From: an uncultured Gammaproteobacteria bacterium
GTDB lineage: Bacteria; Pseudomonadota; Gammaproteobacteria; Xanthomonadales; Xanthomonadaceae
Length of the DNA: 64,000 bases
Assembly: GCA_963747445.1 (NCBI GenBank)
Contig: CAVVFI010000007.1
Coordinates: 56,935-120,934 of the forward strand
Direction: 5' to 3'
A program made the position numbers and the translations under genes. Shown here in pieces: positions 9,289 through 19,113 of the stretch. The first letter of the stretch is position 1. Each line of letters opens with the position of its first letter. A model generated the notes under the pieces. That model worked only from the letters and a program-made list of their open reading frames with translations. It did not search any database and was not told the DNA's origin.

Positions 9289-11349
9289 TCAGGGTTGCTT
9301 TGCGCCGGCAGGCGATACACCGCCCTTGCCGTCAGCGGGCTTGCCGTCAGCGGGCTCGCCCTCCGCGGGCTTGCCCTCCGCGGGCTTGGCCTCCGCGGGC
9401 TTGGCGGCATCGTCTGGGGATTGCGCGGGGTTTGCCTTGGCAATCGTCGACTCCACCGAGCCGGTCGTGATCGGGTGGTACCCCGGGCGCGCCTTGGCGA
9501 AGGTCTCCCTGGCAAACGCCAGGCCAGCGCGCGTTTTCACCAGTGCCTCGTAGATCGGCATGATCAGCTTGCGGCGCCCCACGCGCTGCATGAACTCCGC
9601 CATCGCATCGTCGGCAGCGTGGTAACCACTGCGCACCGCCAGCGGATACCAGCGCTGCGCGATCTCGCCGTTGGCCGTCCCGGTGAAGTGGTAAGCCGCG
9701 TCCAGCGCTTGCATGCGCGACAGGCTCAACTTGTCCGGCAGGCCCTCCAGGAAATGCACCCATTCCTGCGTGCCCCAGGCCGAGGTCAACGACGATGCCG
9801 GCAACTTGTCGCTGCCGTCCCACGCGATCCGCGCGGCATCGACGATGCTGAAACGCTGCGAGCGCACCTTTGGTGCCGTCGCCGGGATGCCCGGCTCCTG
9901 GATCCACTGGTCGAACTCGTCCTGGCTGACCGTGCCCGGATACTTGTCCAGCAGGTGGGCCTTGGCATAGGCGACGAATTGCGCGGTCGAGATGCTCTGG
10001 AACGCGAAGTGGTCGAAATAGCCCCGCAGGAACGCATCGAAGCGGTCGCGTCCGAAGCGTTGCTCCAGGAACTGCAGGAACCATGCCCCCTTGGTGTAGA
10101 CCGTCCCGGTGAGGTTGTCGTCGGGGTCGGGCAGCGCACCGGGCTTGATCGCCAGCGACTGCAGCGGCTTGTTGTCGCCGGTGAACTCGTCGCGCAGCTC
10201 GTCGCGGGCGATCACGCTTTCCATGTTGGCCTGTTCCTGGCCGTACAACGCCTCGATGATGCGGTTCTCGACGTAGCTGGTGAAGCCTTCGTTGAGCCAG
10301 GCGTCGCGCGAGGTCGAAAACGTCACCAGGTTGCCCGACCAGCTGTGCGCCAGTTCGTGCGCGACCAGCGAGACCAGCGACTTGTCGCCGACGATCACGG
10401 TCGGCGTGGCGAAGGTCAGGCGCGGGTTTTCCATGCCGCCGTAAGGGAACGACGGCGGCAGCACCAGGATGTCGTAACGGCCCCAGCGGTACGGGCCGTA
10501 CAGCTTCTCGGCGACCTGCATCATCTTTTCGGTGTCTTCGAACTCCTTGGCCGCCTTGTCCACCATCGCAGGCTCCGCCCAGACGCCGGCGCGATCGGAA
10601 ATCGGCTTGAACACCAGGTCGCCCGCGGCAATCGCCAGCAGGTACGACGGGATCGCCTGCGGCATCTTGAAGGTGTAATCGCCATCGCGCGGCGCATCGG
10701 GATCGTTGTCCGCGCTCATCAGCACCATGGCGTCCGGCGGCGAGGTCACGTGCGCGCTGTAGGTGAAGCGCACCTGCGTGGTGTCCTGCAGGGGAACCCA
10801 GCTGCGCGCGTGGATCTGCTGCGACTGGCTGAACATGAAGGGCTGCTGCTTGCCCTGGGTCATCGCCGGCGACAGCCATTGCAGGCCGGAAGCGTCAGGC
10901 GACGTCGCGTAGCCGACGCGCACGGTGGCATTGCGCTCGGGCACCTGGATGGTCAACTTGCTGCCCAGCAAGGCGTCCTTGTCGGCCAGCGTGTATTGGA
11001 GCGCCGACCACTGGCCATCCTTGCCCGCGCCCTCGACTTTGTCGATGGCCAGGTCGCGGGTGTCGAGCACCAGCGTGCTGGCGTTTGGCTGCAGCCATTC
11101 GAGGGTATAGGTCGCGGTGCCCGCGATCCGCCTGTCGTCGAAGTCGATCCCCAGGTCCAGCGCGATGTCGGTGATCCTGACCTTGTCCGGCTCGGCATAC
11201 GAGAATTCGTCGTGGGTCTCGGCATTGATCACGTGGGAGGCCTCCGGCTTGGTTTCAGGCAACGACGCCGGTTGCGCCGGCGCAGGCGTGCGCGAGCAGC
11301 CCGCGACCAGGGCGGCGGACAGGAAACAGATGGAAAGCAGTGCACGCAT
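9289..11349 (-). CDS. M1-family aminopeptidase (leukotriene A4 hydrolase-like), lipoprotein
   Basis: GGMEN and HELAH...E (HExxH-x18-E) motifs; LVAGC lipobox; C-terminal KPAEG repeats. Confidence 0.96.
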   Translation of the reverse strand: MRALLSICFLSAALVAGCSRTPAPAQPASLPETKPEASHVINAETHDEFSYAEPDKVRITDIALDLGIDFDDRRIAGTATYTLEWLQPNASTLVLDTRDLAIDKVEGAGKDGQWSALQYTLADKDALLGSKLTIQVPERNATVRVGYATSPDASGLQWLSPAMTQGKQQPFMFSQSQQIHARSWVPLQDTTQVRFTYSAHVTSPPDAMVLMSADNDPDAPRDGDYTFKMPQAIPSYLLAIAAGDLVFKPISDRAGVWAEPAMVDKAAKEFEDTEKMMQVAEKLYGPYRWGRYDILVLPPSFPYGGMENPRLTFATPTVIVGDKSLVSLVAHELAHSWSGNLVTFSTSRDAWLNEGFTSYVENRIIEALYGQEQANMESVIARDELRDEFTGDNKPLQSLAIKPGALPDPDDNLTGTVYTKGAWFLQFLEQRFGRDRFDAFLRGYFDHFAFQSISTAQFVAYAKAHLLDKYPGTVSQDEFDQWIQEPGIPATAPKVRSQRFSIVDAARIAWDGSDKLPASSLTSAWGTQEWVHFLEGLPDKLSLSRMQALDAAYHFTGTANGEIAQRWYPLAVRSGYHAADDAMAEFMQRVGRRKLIMPIYEALVKTRAGLAFARETFAKARPGYHPITTGSVESTIAKANPAQSPDDAAKPAEAKPAEGKPAEGEPADGKPADGKGGVSPAGAKQP

Positions 11350-11563
11350 GGCGATGGCGAATCGGCGGAGGGAATCGCGATTGTAGCGCCAGCGGCGTGA
11401 CCAAGGTCGTCGCGACTTCTGGCACTACGACATGTGCTGGTCCCGCGCCATCCTGCATGCATCGCAGGCAGGCACGACGGGGCACCCCTGTCGTTGGTCA
11501 TGGAAACCCATCGGCCCGTCCGCGCATCCCAACCAGTCATTCGACCACCTTCAGGAGCCACGC

Positions 11564-13822
11564 TTGAAATCCATCGCCCTGGCCGCCGTACTGACGGCAT
11601 GCATCCCTTTTGCCCAGGCCCATGCCGGGCAAGACGCGACGACAGGCACCGTGGATTATGTCCCGGGCGGTCGCATCCCGAAGCTGCAGGGCGGGATCAC
11701 GATCGACGGAAAGCTGGACGATAGCGCCTGGCAGGGCGCGCTGGTGCAGGAAATCGCCTACGACACCCAGCCCGGCGACAACACCGCCGCCCCGGTCAAG
11801 ACCGTCGTGCGCATCGGTTACACGGCCGATGCGTTGTACCTGGCCTACCACGCGCTGGATCCGGACCCGGCCTCGATCCGCGCGCACCTGCGCGACCGCG
11901 ATGCGATGTTCAACGACGATTGGGTCGGGGTGTTCCTGGATACCTTCAACGACCACCGTCGCGGCTACGAGCTGGCGGTGAATCCACTGGGCGTGCAGGG
12001 CGACATCATCCGCGACGAATCCAACACCGACAACCAGGAAGACGCAAGCTGGGACGGACTCTGGACCAGCGTCGGACGCATCACCGACATCGGCTACGAC
12101 GTCGAGATCCGCATCCCGTTCTCCACCCTGCGCTTCCCAGGGGGCGGTGGCGACCAGCAATGGGGCATCTCGCTGTACCGCAACTGGCCGCGCGACAAGC
12201 GCCACCAGCTGGCCAGCCACAAGGTGCCGCGCGATTCCAACTGCTTCGAATGCGAGTGGGGCAAGTACACCGGCCTGGCCGGTGCGCAACAGGGCCGAAA
12301 CCTGGAGGTGGTGCCGACGGTCACCATCGGCAAGGAACAGACGCGCGATGCAGCGGGCGAGCCGTGGCGCAGCGGCGACACGGCAATCGAACCGGGCGTG
12401 GACGTGAGTTGGGCGCCGTCGCCAAGCATGACCCTCAACGCGACCATCAATCCCGATTTCTCGCAGGTCGAAACCGACCAGCTGCAGCTGAGCTTCAACG
12501 ACAGCTTTGCGTTGTTCTACCAGGAAAAGCGGCCGTTCTTCCTCGAGGGCGCCGATTACTTCACCACCCAGTTCAACGTGCTCTACACCCGCCAGATCGC
12601 CGATCCCGACTACGGCTTGCGCGTGACCGGACGCAGCGGCGGCGGTACCTATGGCGCGATCGTTGCGCGCGATGCCACCACGCTGGTGCTGGTGCCGGGC
12701 GTGCTGGGTTCGGGCTTCGAGCAACTGGACCAGAAGGCCAACGTGGCGGTCGGCCGCTATCGCTACGACTTCAATACCCATTTAAGCGTCGGCGCGATCG
12801 GCACGTTCCGCCAGGGCGATGACTACGCCAACAACGTGGCCGGCGTCGACGCCCGCTGGCAGCAGGGATCGCACACGGCTACCGCGCAGTTCCTGCACAG
12901 CCAGTCCGAATATCCGACCGATATCGTGGACGTCTACCGCGACGAGCTCGGCGACGACCCGACGCCCTCCGGCAACGCGTGGCGCGCGGAATACGCCTTC
13001 AGCAACCGCAACTGGAACTTCGACGCCTGGCACCTGGACATCGATCCGGGTTTCCGCGCCGACCTGGGCTTCATGGGCCAGGTCGGTTACGACAAATCGC
13101 TGGTCGGCGGCGGACATACCTGGTATCGCGACGACAAGGCGTTCAATCGCGTCAACGTCTACGCCGACTTCGACATCACCCATCGCTTCGACGGGCAGCT
13201 GCTCGAGCGCGAGCTGGAGGCGCAGGCCAGCGTCCAGGGCCCCATGCAGAGCAGCCTCAACCTGCACGGCCTGACCCGGGTGCGCTTCTGGCACGGCGTC
13301 CTGTTCGACGAGCACTACGTCGACCTCAACACCAGCTACCGTCCCGGCGCCAACCTGCAACTGGGCGCCTACGTGCAGGCAGGCACGCTGATCGACCTGG
13401 CCGCGGACAAGACCGGCCGCCGCACGATGCTGGAGCTGTGGGGCAATGCCAGCGTCGGCCGAGGCGTGGCCCTGGACTGGGACCTGATCCGCCAGCGCAT
13501 GCGACGCGACGGCGGCACCGCATTCGAGGCCACGGTGCTCAACGCCGGCGGCAGCTGGCAGTTCGATCCGCGCCAGCGCCTGCGGCTGGTCCTGCAGGGC
13601 AGCGAAGTGCTGCGCGACCAGGCGTTGTATGCCGACCCCGTCGACGCCACCGCGCGCGACTGGGCGGCGCAGCTGGTGTATTCATACAAGGTCAACCCGC
13701 ACACCGCGATCTATGCCGGCGCGTCGTATGGCGCGTTCATGGACGACGACAACCCGGAGCTGTTCGGCAATACCCGCAACGTCTTCATCAAGATGAGCTA
13801 CGGATGGCAACCGCGCCGCTAA
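11564..13822 (+). CDS. DUF5916-like / CBM9-like domain outer-membrane protein
   Basis: TTG start after AGGAG, signal peptide, ITIDGKLDD CBM9-like N-terminus, NPDFSQVE and EKRPFFLEG motifs, beta-strand-rich C-terminus. Confidence 0.8.
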   Translation: MKSIALAAVLTACIPFAQAHAGQDATTGTVDYVPGGRIPKLQGGITIDGKLDDSAWQGALVQEIAYDTQPGDNTAAPVKTVVRIGYTADALYLAYHALDPDPASIRAHLRDRDAMFNDDWVGVFLDTFNDHRRGYELAVNPLGVQGDIIRDESNTDNQEDASWDGLWTSVGRITDIGYDVEIRIPFSTLRFPGGGGDQQWGISLYRNWPRDKRHQLASHKVPRDSNCFECEWGKYTGLAGAQQGRNLEVVPTVTIGKEQTRDAAGEPWRSGDTAIEPGVDVSWAPSPSMTLNATINPDFSQVETDQLQLSFNDSFALFYQEKRPFFLEGADYFTTQFNVLYTRQIADPDYGLRVTGRSGGGTYGAIVARDATTLVLVPGVLGSGFEQLDQKANVAVGRYRYDFNTHLSVGAIGTFRQGDDYANNVAGVDARWQQGSHTATAQFLHSQSEYPTDIVDVYRDELGDDPTPSGNAWRAEYAFSNRNWNFDAWHLDIDPGFRADLGFMGQVGYDKSLVGGGHTWYRDDKAFNRVNVYADFDITHRFDGQLLERELEAQASVQGPMQSSLNLHGLTRVRFWHGVLFDEHYVDLNTSYRPGANLQLGAYVQAGTLIDLAADKTGRRTMLELWGNASVGRGVALDWDLIRQRMRRDGGTAFEATVLNAGGSWQFDPRQRLRLVLQGSEVLRDQALYADPVDATARDWAAQLVYSYKVNPHTAIYAGASYGAFMDDDNPELFGNTRNVFIKMSYGWQPRR

Positions 13823-13909
13823 AAAACCACGCATGCGATAGCAATCAAGCGCGTCGCAACGCGGGAAGTTACCCGCTTGCGTAGGCTTTTCCCCAGCCGC
13901 CTGGCAGCC

Positions 13910-14007
13910 GTAGGGCGGGACTCGACCCGCCATGTCCTGCCTCCGCGGAGCAGGGAATCCAGGCGGGACAGGCGAATTGAAAGACGGCGGGTCGAGACCC
14001 GCCCTAC
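13910..14007. repeat. GTAG-type REP inverted doublet
   Basis: GTAGGGCGGGACTCGACCCGCC (13910-13931) and GGCGGGTCGAGACCCGCCCTAC (13986-14007). Confidence 0.88.
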
Positions 14008-14759
14008 ACTTTGTACCCGGTGTGGATCGCGACGATGCCTGCATTGAGGTTGCGATAGCCGCAGCGCGCAAAACCCGCCGCCTCCATCATCGCCTTGAGC
14101 TCATCCTGCGGCGGATGCTTGCGGATTGACTCGGCCAGGTATTGGTAACTATCGCCGTCGTGCGCAAACAGCTTGCCCAGCCTCGGCAGCACCTTGAACG
14201 AGTGGAAGTCGTACACCGGCCGGAACCACTGGGCCGTCACCTGCGAAAACTCCAGTACCCGTGCCTGTCCGCCGACCTTGAGTACGCGCAGCATCTCGCG
14301 CAGCGCCGCATCCTTGTCGGTGACATTGCGCAGGCCAAAGGCGATCGTGACCAGGTCGAAGCTGGCATCGGGGAACGGCAGCTTCTCGGCATTGCATTGC
14401 ACATACTCAAGCCCGCGCACATTGCCGCGGTCGGTCATGCGGTCGCGGCCGACCGTCAGCATGCCGGCATTGATGTCCCCCAGCACGACCTCGCCCGTGT
14501 CGCCGACGCGATCCTTCAGCAGTGCGGCGATGTCGCCGGTCCCGCCTGCCAGGTCGAGCACGCGGTTGCCCTTGCCGACCTGCGCGGTGGCCACGAAATA
14601 ACGCTTCCACACCCGATGGATGCCCAGCGACATCAGGTCGTTCATCAGGTCGTAACTGCCGGCCACCGACGAGAACACCTCGCCGACGAGCTTCTGCTTG
14701 TCGCCAGTGGGGACTTCGCGGTAGCCGAAGTGGGTGGTGGATTTGCCGGAGTTGTCCAT
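14004..14759 (-). CDS. ubiE: Ubiquinone/menaquinone biosynthesis C-methyltransferase
   Basis: THFGY, YDLMNDLMSLGIHRVWK and VLDLAGGTGD motifs; 251 aa. Confidence 0.98.
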   Translation of the reverse strand: MDNSGKSTTHFGYREVPTGDKQKLVGEVFSSVAGSYDLMNDLMSLGIHRVWKRYFVATAQVGKGNRVLDLAGGTGDIAALLKDRVGDTGEVVLGDINAGMLTVGRDRMTDRGNVRGLEYVQCNAEKLPFPDASFDLVTIAFGLRNVTDKDAALREMLRVLKVGGQARVLEFSQVTAQWFRPVYDFHSFKVLPRLGKLFAHDGDSYQYLAESIRKHPPQDELKAMMEAAGFARCGYRNLNAGIVAIHTGYKV

Positions 14760-15032
14760 GGCCGGATTATCGCATCGCCGCGACGCCACGGGCGGCCGGC
14801 CAGCGGCGGCGCGGCTCGCGACCGGAGCCCTGTCCCGCCCGCCGCGCGTTCATTGGCGTGGGCACGATCGATGGCAACGGTGTCCCAACGCGGCCCGGAC
14901 CGGTGCCCGGCTCGTCGACGTCCGGCACTTTGTCGAGGTAGCCGCCCGGGGCCTTGGCGAGCGTCCGGGCGTCACCCCGCCGGGCATGCGCCGGCCCCGC
15001 GGAGTGCGGGTGCCGACGCCGCGGGAGTGGAC

Positions 15033-16268
15033 TTACTGCGCCGGAACGGGGTTTTCGTGGATGAAGTTGATCACGGCACGTGCGTCGTCGGCCGCCTGGC
15101 TGAACGCGTCCACCTGCGTGCCGGTGTAGTCCGTCCCGCCGAAGATGGCGACCATGATCGGTTCGGTGACCAGCGTATAGGTGCCGTCACCGTTGCTTCT
15201 CAGGTAGGTGACGTCGCCGGTGTAGGTGGCCGCGCGGTCATAGGTGGCCGATGAGAAGTCGAAATAGGTCTTGCCATCCGCGCCCACGATCGGCTGGAGG
15301 CCGTCGACCCCGAGGATGCTGTCCATGTACACCACCATGTCCTGGTTGATCGATCCGGCCTTGTCCGACGCGGCGGCCAGGAACGACGCCGCCATCAACA
15401 GGTCGGCATTGGTCATCGTTGTGTCAGCCAGGAACGACAGCGATCCCAGGGACACACCGTCCTGGAGGTCCAGCCCCGGCAGGTAACCGTTTTCCATCAG
15501 CCTGATGTAGAGGGCGAGGTTTTCCAGCGGCGAGTCGATGGTCTTCTCCACGCCATCGATGGTGACCACGATGCGGCCCGCTTCATCCACACGGATGGCG
15601 GTGGCGGCATTGAGGGTGGCCAGCGCCTCGTCGTAGGACTTGTCGGTGACCTTGTTCGGCGAACGACCAACACTCAAACGCCCGAACTCGACTGCTTGCG
15701 CCAGGTCGGCGTAGCCATCCTCGATCGCGCCTTCCTCGTCGATCGGAATCGGGTTGCCATCGGCATCGACAGGCTGCACGTGACCGAACTCGTCCAGGAT
15801 CGGGACACCGTTGTCGTCGCGCAGGATCACGTAGAGGTCGCCGTAAAGATCGCCCTTCTTGCTGCCGGCTTCCCCGGGCTTGCCCGTGGTCTTGCCACCG
15901 CCATACTTGGGCCCGCGGCGATCGGAATCCTCCTCCTCTTCGGGGCCGACGTCCTCGCGCAGCACTTTCGACTCCACGGACTGGCTGCCGCTGTCGCCCT
16001 GGCCGCGCTTCCCGGCACCCTGGCCGGCATTGCCCTTTTTGCCCTCCTGGGCGGCCGAATCCTGGCCCCCGGAGCCGTGGCTGTCGCCGCTGGCATGGCC
16101 TGAATCGTGAGTATCCTGGGCATGGGCCGATGCGATCGGCGACAACGCCCCGGGATAGGCAGCGCCCAACGCACAGCAGACGGCCAGCGAGAGTGCGGTG
16201 GCGACCAGCCTTCCCCGGTAAGGAGTGGCGCGGCGGGTGAGTGCTGACGGTGTGGTGTTCTTGTTCAT
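15033..16268 (-). CDS. Hypothetical exported acidic protein
   Basis: AGGAG RBS, signal-like N-terminus ending AHA, Gly/His/Ser-rich linker and Asp-rich globular domain; 411 aa. Confidence 0.85.
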   Translation of the reverse strand: MNKNTTPSALTRRATPYRGRLVATALSLAVCCALGAAYPGALSPIASAHAQDTHDSGHASGDSHGSGGQDSAAQEGKKGNAGQGAGKRGQGDSGSQSVESKVLREDVGPEEEEDSDRRGPKYGGGKTTGKPGEAGSKKGDLYGDLYVILRDDNGVPILDEFGHVQPVDADGNPIPIDEEGAIEDGYADLAQAVEFGRLSVGRSPNKVTDKSYDEALATLNAATAIRVDEAGRIVVTIDGVEKTIDSPLENLALYIRLMENGYLPGLDLQDGVSLGSLSFLADTTMTNADLLMAASFLAAASDKAGSINQDMVVYMDSILGVDGLQPIVGADGKTYFDFSSATYDRAATYTGDVTYLRSNGDGTYTLVTEPIMVAIFGGTDYTGTQVDAFSQAADDARAVINFIHENPVPAQ

Positions 16269-16338
16269 GATGTGCTCCTGGAGGGTTTCATCGTGGTGGA
16301 AGCGCACGTTCGGGCTGTTTGCCGAGGGTGCGATGGGT

Positions 16339-18870
16339 TCAGAACCGGATGCCCAGCCCGATGCGGGCCAGGTACTGCTGGTTGTTGAAGCTGATGTCGT
16401 CGGGTTTCGCGTGGGTCGTGCTGAAGGCGATCGAGTCGTAGGCCGTCCGGCTGTAGTCCATCCGGAGGAACAGGTCGCTCGACAGCGGGGTTTCCAGTCC
16501 GACCCCGATCCGGGTGCCCGGGAGGGTGTCGTCACGGTCCACCCACGCGTCCGGGTTCTCGCCTTTTTCGTAGCGGACGTTGAATCGGCCGCGGACCCGG
16601 CCCGCGCGCGCATACAGCAACGCCCCGCCGCGCGTGGCATAGCCCATGCGCAGTGCGACGCCGGCGCTGCTGCGGGACTCGATCGAGAACTGGCGGCCCT
16701 CGGGCAATCGATCGTGGTGCCACGACGCCTTGCTCGAATCGGCTTCCAGTTCGACACCGGCATAGAACGGACCCCATGCCCGCCCGTAGCCGGCAAAGGC
16801 ACCGAAATCGAGTCCGCGCCCGCCGAAATCGGCCTCGAAGTCCGTCAGCGTCGGCGCATTGCCCTGGCGCATCACGGCCTGCAAGGCGCTGTGCACACGG
16901 TCGTCCCCGCCCTGTGCGCCGGCATAGAAGCCGCCCGGGCGGCGCGCATCGCCCGCCAAGGGCAGTGACGGGCCGAAGCGCCAGCCGATGCCCAACTGGA
17001 ACCGGCCCTGGCTGCCGGAGAAACGATCACTTTGGGGAGCGTCGTAGGTCACGTCGTAGCCGGCGTAAGGCGCCACCTCGTAACGGGCCCGCGCAAAGGC
17101 GTGCGCCGATACCGGCACCTCGAGGCCAAGGCCGAAGCTGTTGGCGGAGGTGCGGTCGCCATGTTCGCTGGCCAGGCCTTCATCGGTCACATAGCTGCTG
17201 TCGAAGTCCGCCCGCCGGCGCCCGATGCCCAGGGTCGCCAGCGCATGCTCCGGCAGCACCAGGCCGGCAAGCAGGGTCAGCCCGGTTTCCCGTCCCCCAC
17301 CAGTGGCGAAGATGCGGCTGTCGGGCGACTTGTCATGGCGCCAATCCGCGCGCGAACTTGTGGCGTCGAACTCGGCCGCCAGGTAGAAGCGCCCGAACGA
17401 CCGGCCATAACCGGCAAACAGCGCGCCGGTGCCGCCAGCGCCGCTGAAATCGGCGAGATAGTCTCCGTGCTCCCCGCGCGCCCCCGTCACGCGGGTGCCG
17501 AGCACGTCGTAACCCAGCGACGTCCCGACGTAGAAGCCGGACGGGCCGGTGGACGTAGCGAAAGGACCCGAAGCAGCCGCGGATGGGTCGGCGCCGTCGC
17601 TTGCCGGCAGCAGCGGACTGCCCGCGCCATCCAGGCGCAACCCGACATAGAACATGTTGCGGTCGTACTCGGCACCGGCCTCGTCGGAGCGTCGCTGCAA
17701 CAGGCGATAGTCGGCATCGACCTGCAGGCGACGGCTGAGCCGGTAGCTCAAGCCGATGCTCGGATTGGCGATGTCGTCGGTGCGGTCGATGCCGTTGAAA
17801 TCGCTCCGCGCCAGCGTGATGCCGGCCCGCGCCGACAGCCGCTCGTTGACGCGCCGGTTCACCCGCAGGGCCAGGCTGGTGTCGAGGTAGCCGGAGGCGC
17901 CGGGAATCGTCGTGTCGTAGATCGCCCGTTCCAGCGAGGCCGAGACGAGGGTGGCGGGCGTCACCTGCCAGCGCAGGGTCCCGCCCAGGGTCGGGACGCC
18001 GACATCCTCGAATACCGGGTCGTCGTAGCGCTGCGAGAGCCAGCCGGCGTAGACCTCGCCCTGCACCTTCCCCGCCCCATGGCTGGACAACCCGAGCGCC
18101 CAGGTGGCGCCGGTCGAACCCCGCTCGAACCCGTCGTCATCGATACGCCACTGGTAACGGCGTCCGTCCAAGGTGCCCTGCACGAACAAGTCCGCACGGG
18201 GAAGCAAGGCATAGCCCACCCGTACGCCGAAACCGCTCACATCGCGATTGCGATCCTGGTTGTTGATCCGGATGCCCTGGGCGTCGAGCACGTTTTCGAA
18301 GCGCAAGGCCCGGTAGGTGCCGCCCAGCCGCACCATCCACTGGGCGCCGCGATGGGCGAAGCCGACATGGGCGTTGCGCTCTTCAAAACGCGTGGGCTCG
18401 ATGCCGAAGACATCATCGGGCGACGTGCGATCCTCGTGGTCGCGACCAAAACCCAGGCCGCCGAACAGCTTCGAAGTCGCCGACAGGCCAAGGTTGCCCG
18501 AAGCGTCGATGCGGTAATCCAGGCTGTCTTCGGCATCGTGGTCGCGGTACCGCGTATCAGTGAGCGAGGCATCCACGGTCGCGTCTCCCCATGCGCCGAC
18601 CCTGCGCATGCGCAACGATGGGTTGGTCTCCAGGTACACGTCGCCCTCGGGGGCTGCCGGCGTGGCGAACACGTTGCTATCGTGACCCAGCCCGATGCCC
18701 AGCCCGGGAACGAAGATCCAACCGTCAGGAAGCGAAGCAGGCGGCGTGGGCGGCGTTGACGACGGCAATGGCCCGTTGGCCGACTGCGCGCAGGCGACGG
18801 CTGGTGCGACCAATGCCAGCGCCAGGGCAACGCAAAGCACGCGTCGAGCGAGCCTGCCGCGGACCCTCAT
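16339..18870 (-). CDS. Outer-membrane protein: BBP2-like large barrel plus two tandem OmpA/Omp25-like small barrels (start 18870 or 18918)
   Basis: Signal peptide ending ACA; three beta-signal-like ends (FYVGLRL, FQLGIGWRF, LARIGLGIRF); two GFY(V/A)G repeats; terminal Phe. Confidence 0.8.
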   Translation of the reverse strand: MRVRGRLARRVLCVALALALVAPAVACAQSANGPLPSSTPPTPPASLPDGWIFVPGLGIGLGHDSNVFATPAAPEGDVYLETNPSLRMRRVGAWGDATVDASLTDTRYRDHDAEDSLDYRIDASGNLGLSATSKLFGGLGFGRDHEDRTSPDDVFGIEPTRFEERNAHVGFAHRGAQWMVRLGGTYRALRFENVLDAQGIRINNQDRNRDVSGFGVRVGYALLPRADLFVQGTLDGRRYQWRIDDDGFERGSTGATWALGLSSHGAGKVQGEVYAGWLSQRYDDPVFEDVGVPTLGGTLRWQVTPATLVSASLERAIYDTTIPGASGYLDTSLALRVNRRVNERLSARAGITLARSDFNGIDRTDDIANPSIGLSYRLSRRLQVDADYRLLQRRSDEAGAEYDRNMFYVGLRLDGAGSPLLPASDGADPSAAASGPFATSTGPSGFYVGTSLGYDVLGTRVTGARGEHGDYLADFSGAGGTGALFAGYGRSFGRFYLAAEFDATSSRADWRHDKSPDSRIFATGGGRETGLTLLAGLVLPEHALATLGIGRRRADFDSSYVTDEGLASEHGDRTSANSFGLGLEVPVSAHAFARARYEVAPYAGYDVTYDAPQSDRFSGSQGRFQLGIGWRFGPSLPLAGDARRPGGFYAGAQGGDDRVHSALQAVMRQGNAPTLTDFEADFGGRGLDFGAFAGYGRAWGPFYAGVELEADSSKASWHHDRLPEGRQFSIESRSSAGVALRMGYATRGGALLYARAGRVRGRFNVRYEKGENPDAWVDRDDTLPGTRIGVGLETPLSSDLFLRMDYSRTAYDSIAFSTTHAKPDDISFNNQQYLARIGLGIRF

Positions 18871-19113
18871 GCTGGTGGTGCAAAACAGAAGCGTCGTGCT
18901 TGGTGGTGCCGATGGCATTGCGATCCCCCCGGGAAACAAGTCCAGTCTGGAGGTCGCCTGTGGGGGCGGCATTGATACAGGTCAAACAAGGTGCCGGGCC
19001 TTCCGGCACGACATCAGCGCTTCCAGTTGACTTGCATCAACATGCCACCGTTTCGCCGGGTACAGGCTCGATGCGCCGACAGCAGTCGGCCCCATTCCAT
19101 CGAGGTGGTCATC

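Noticed and set aside
9300-9410. 15-bp repeats in the M1 peptidase 3' end
   Set aside because: They encode an ordinary low-complexity KPAEG tail; no sign of a separate element.
8236-11400. Long antisense ORFs (e.g. 8236-11400, 37651-40233, 51846-53756, 27173-29263)
   Set aside because: Shadow frames opposite well-supported genes, expected in high-GC DNA.
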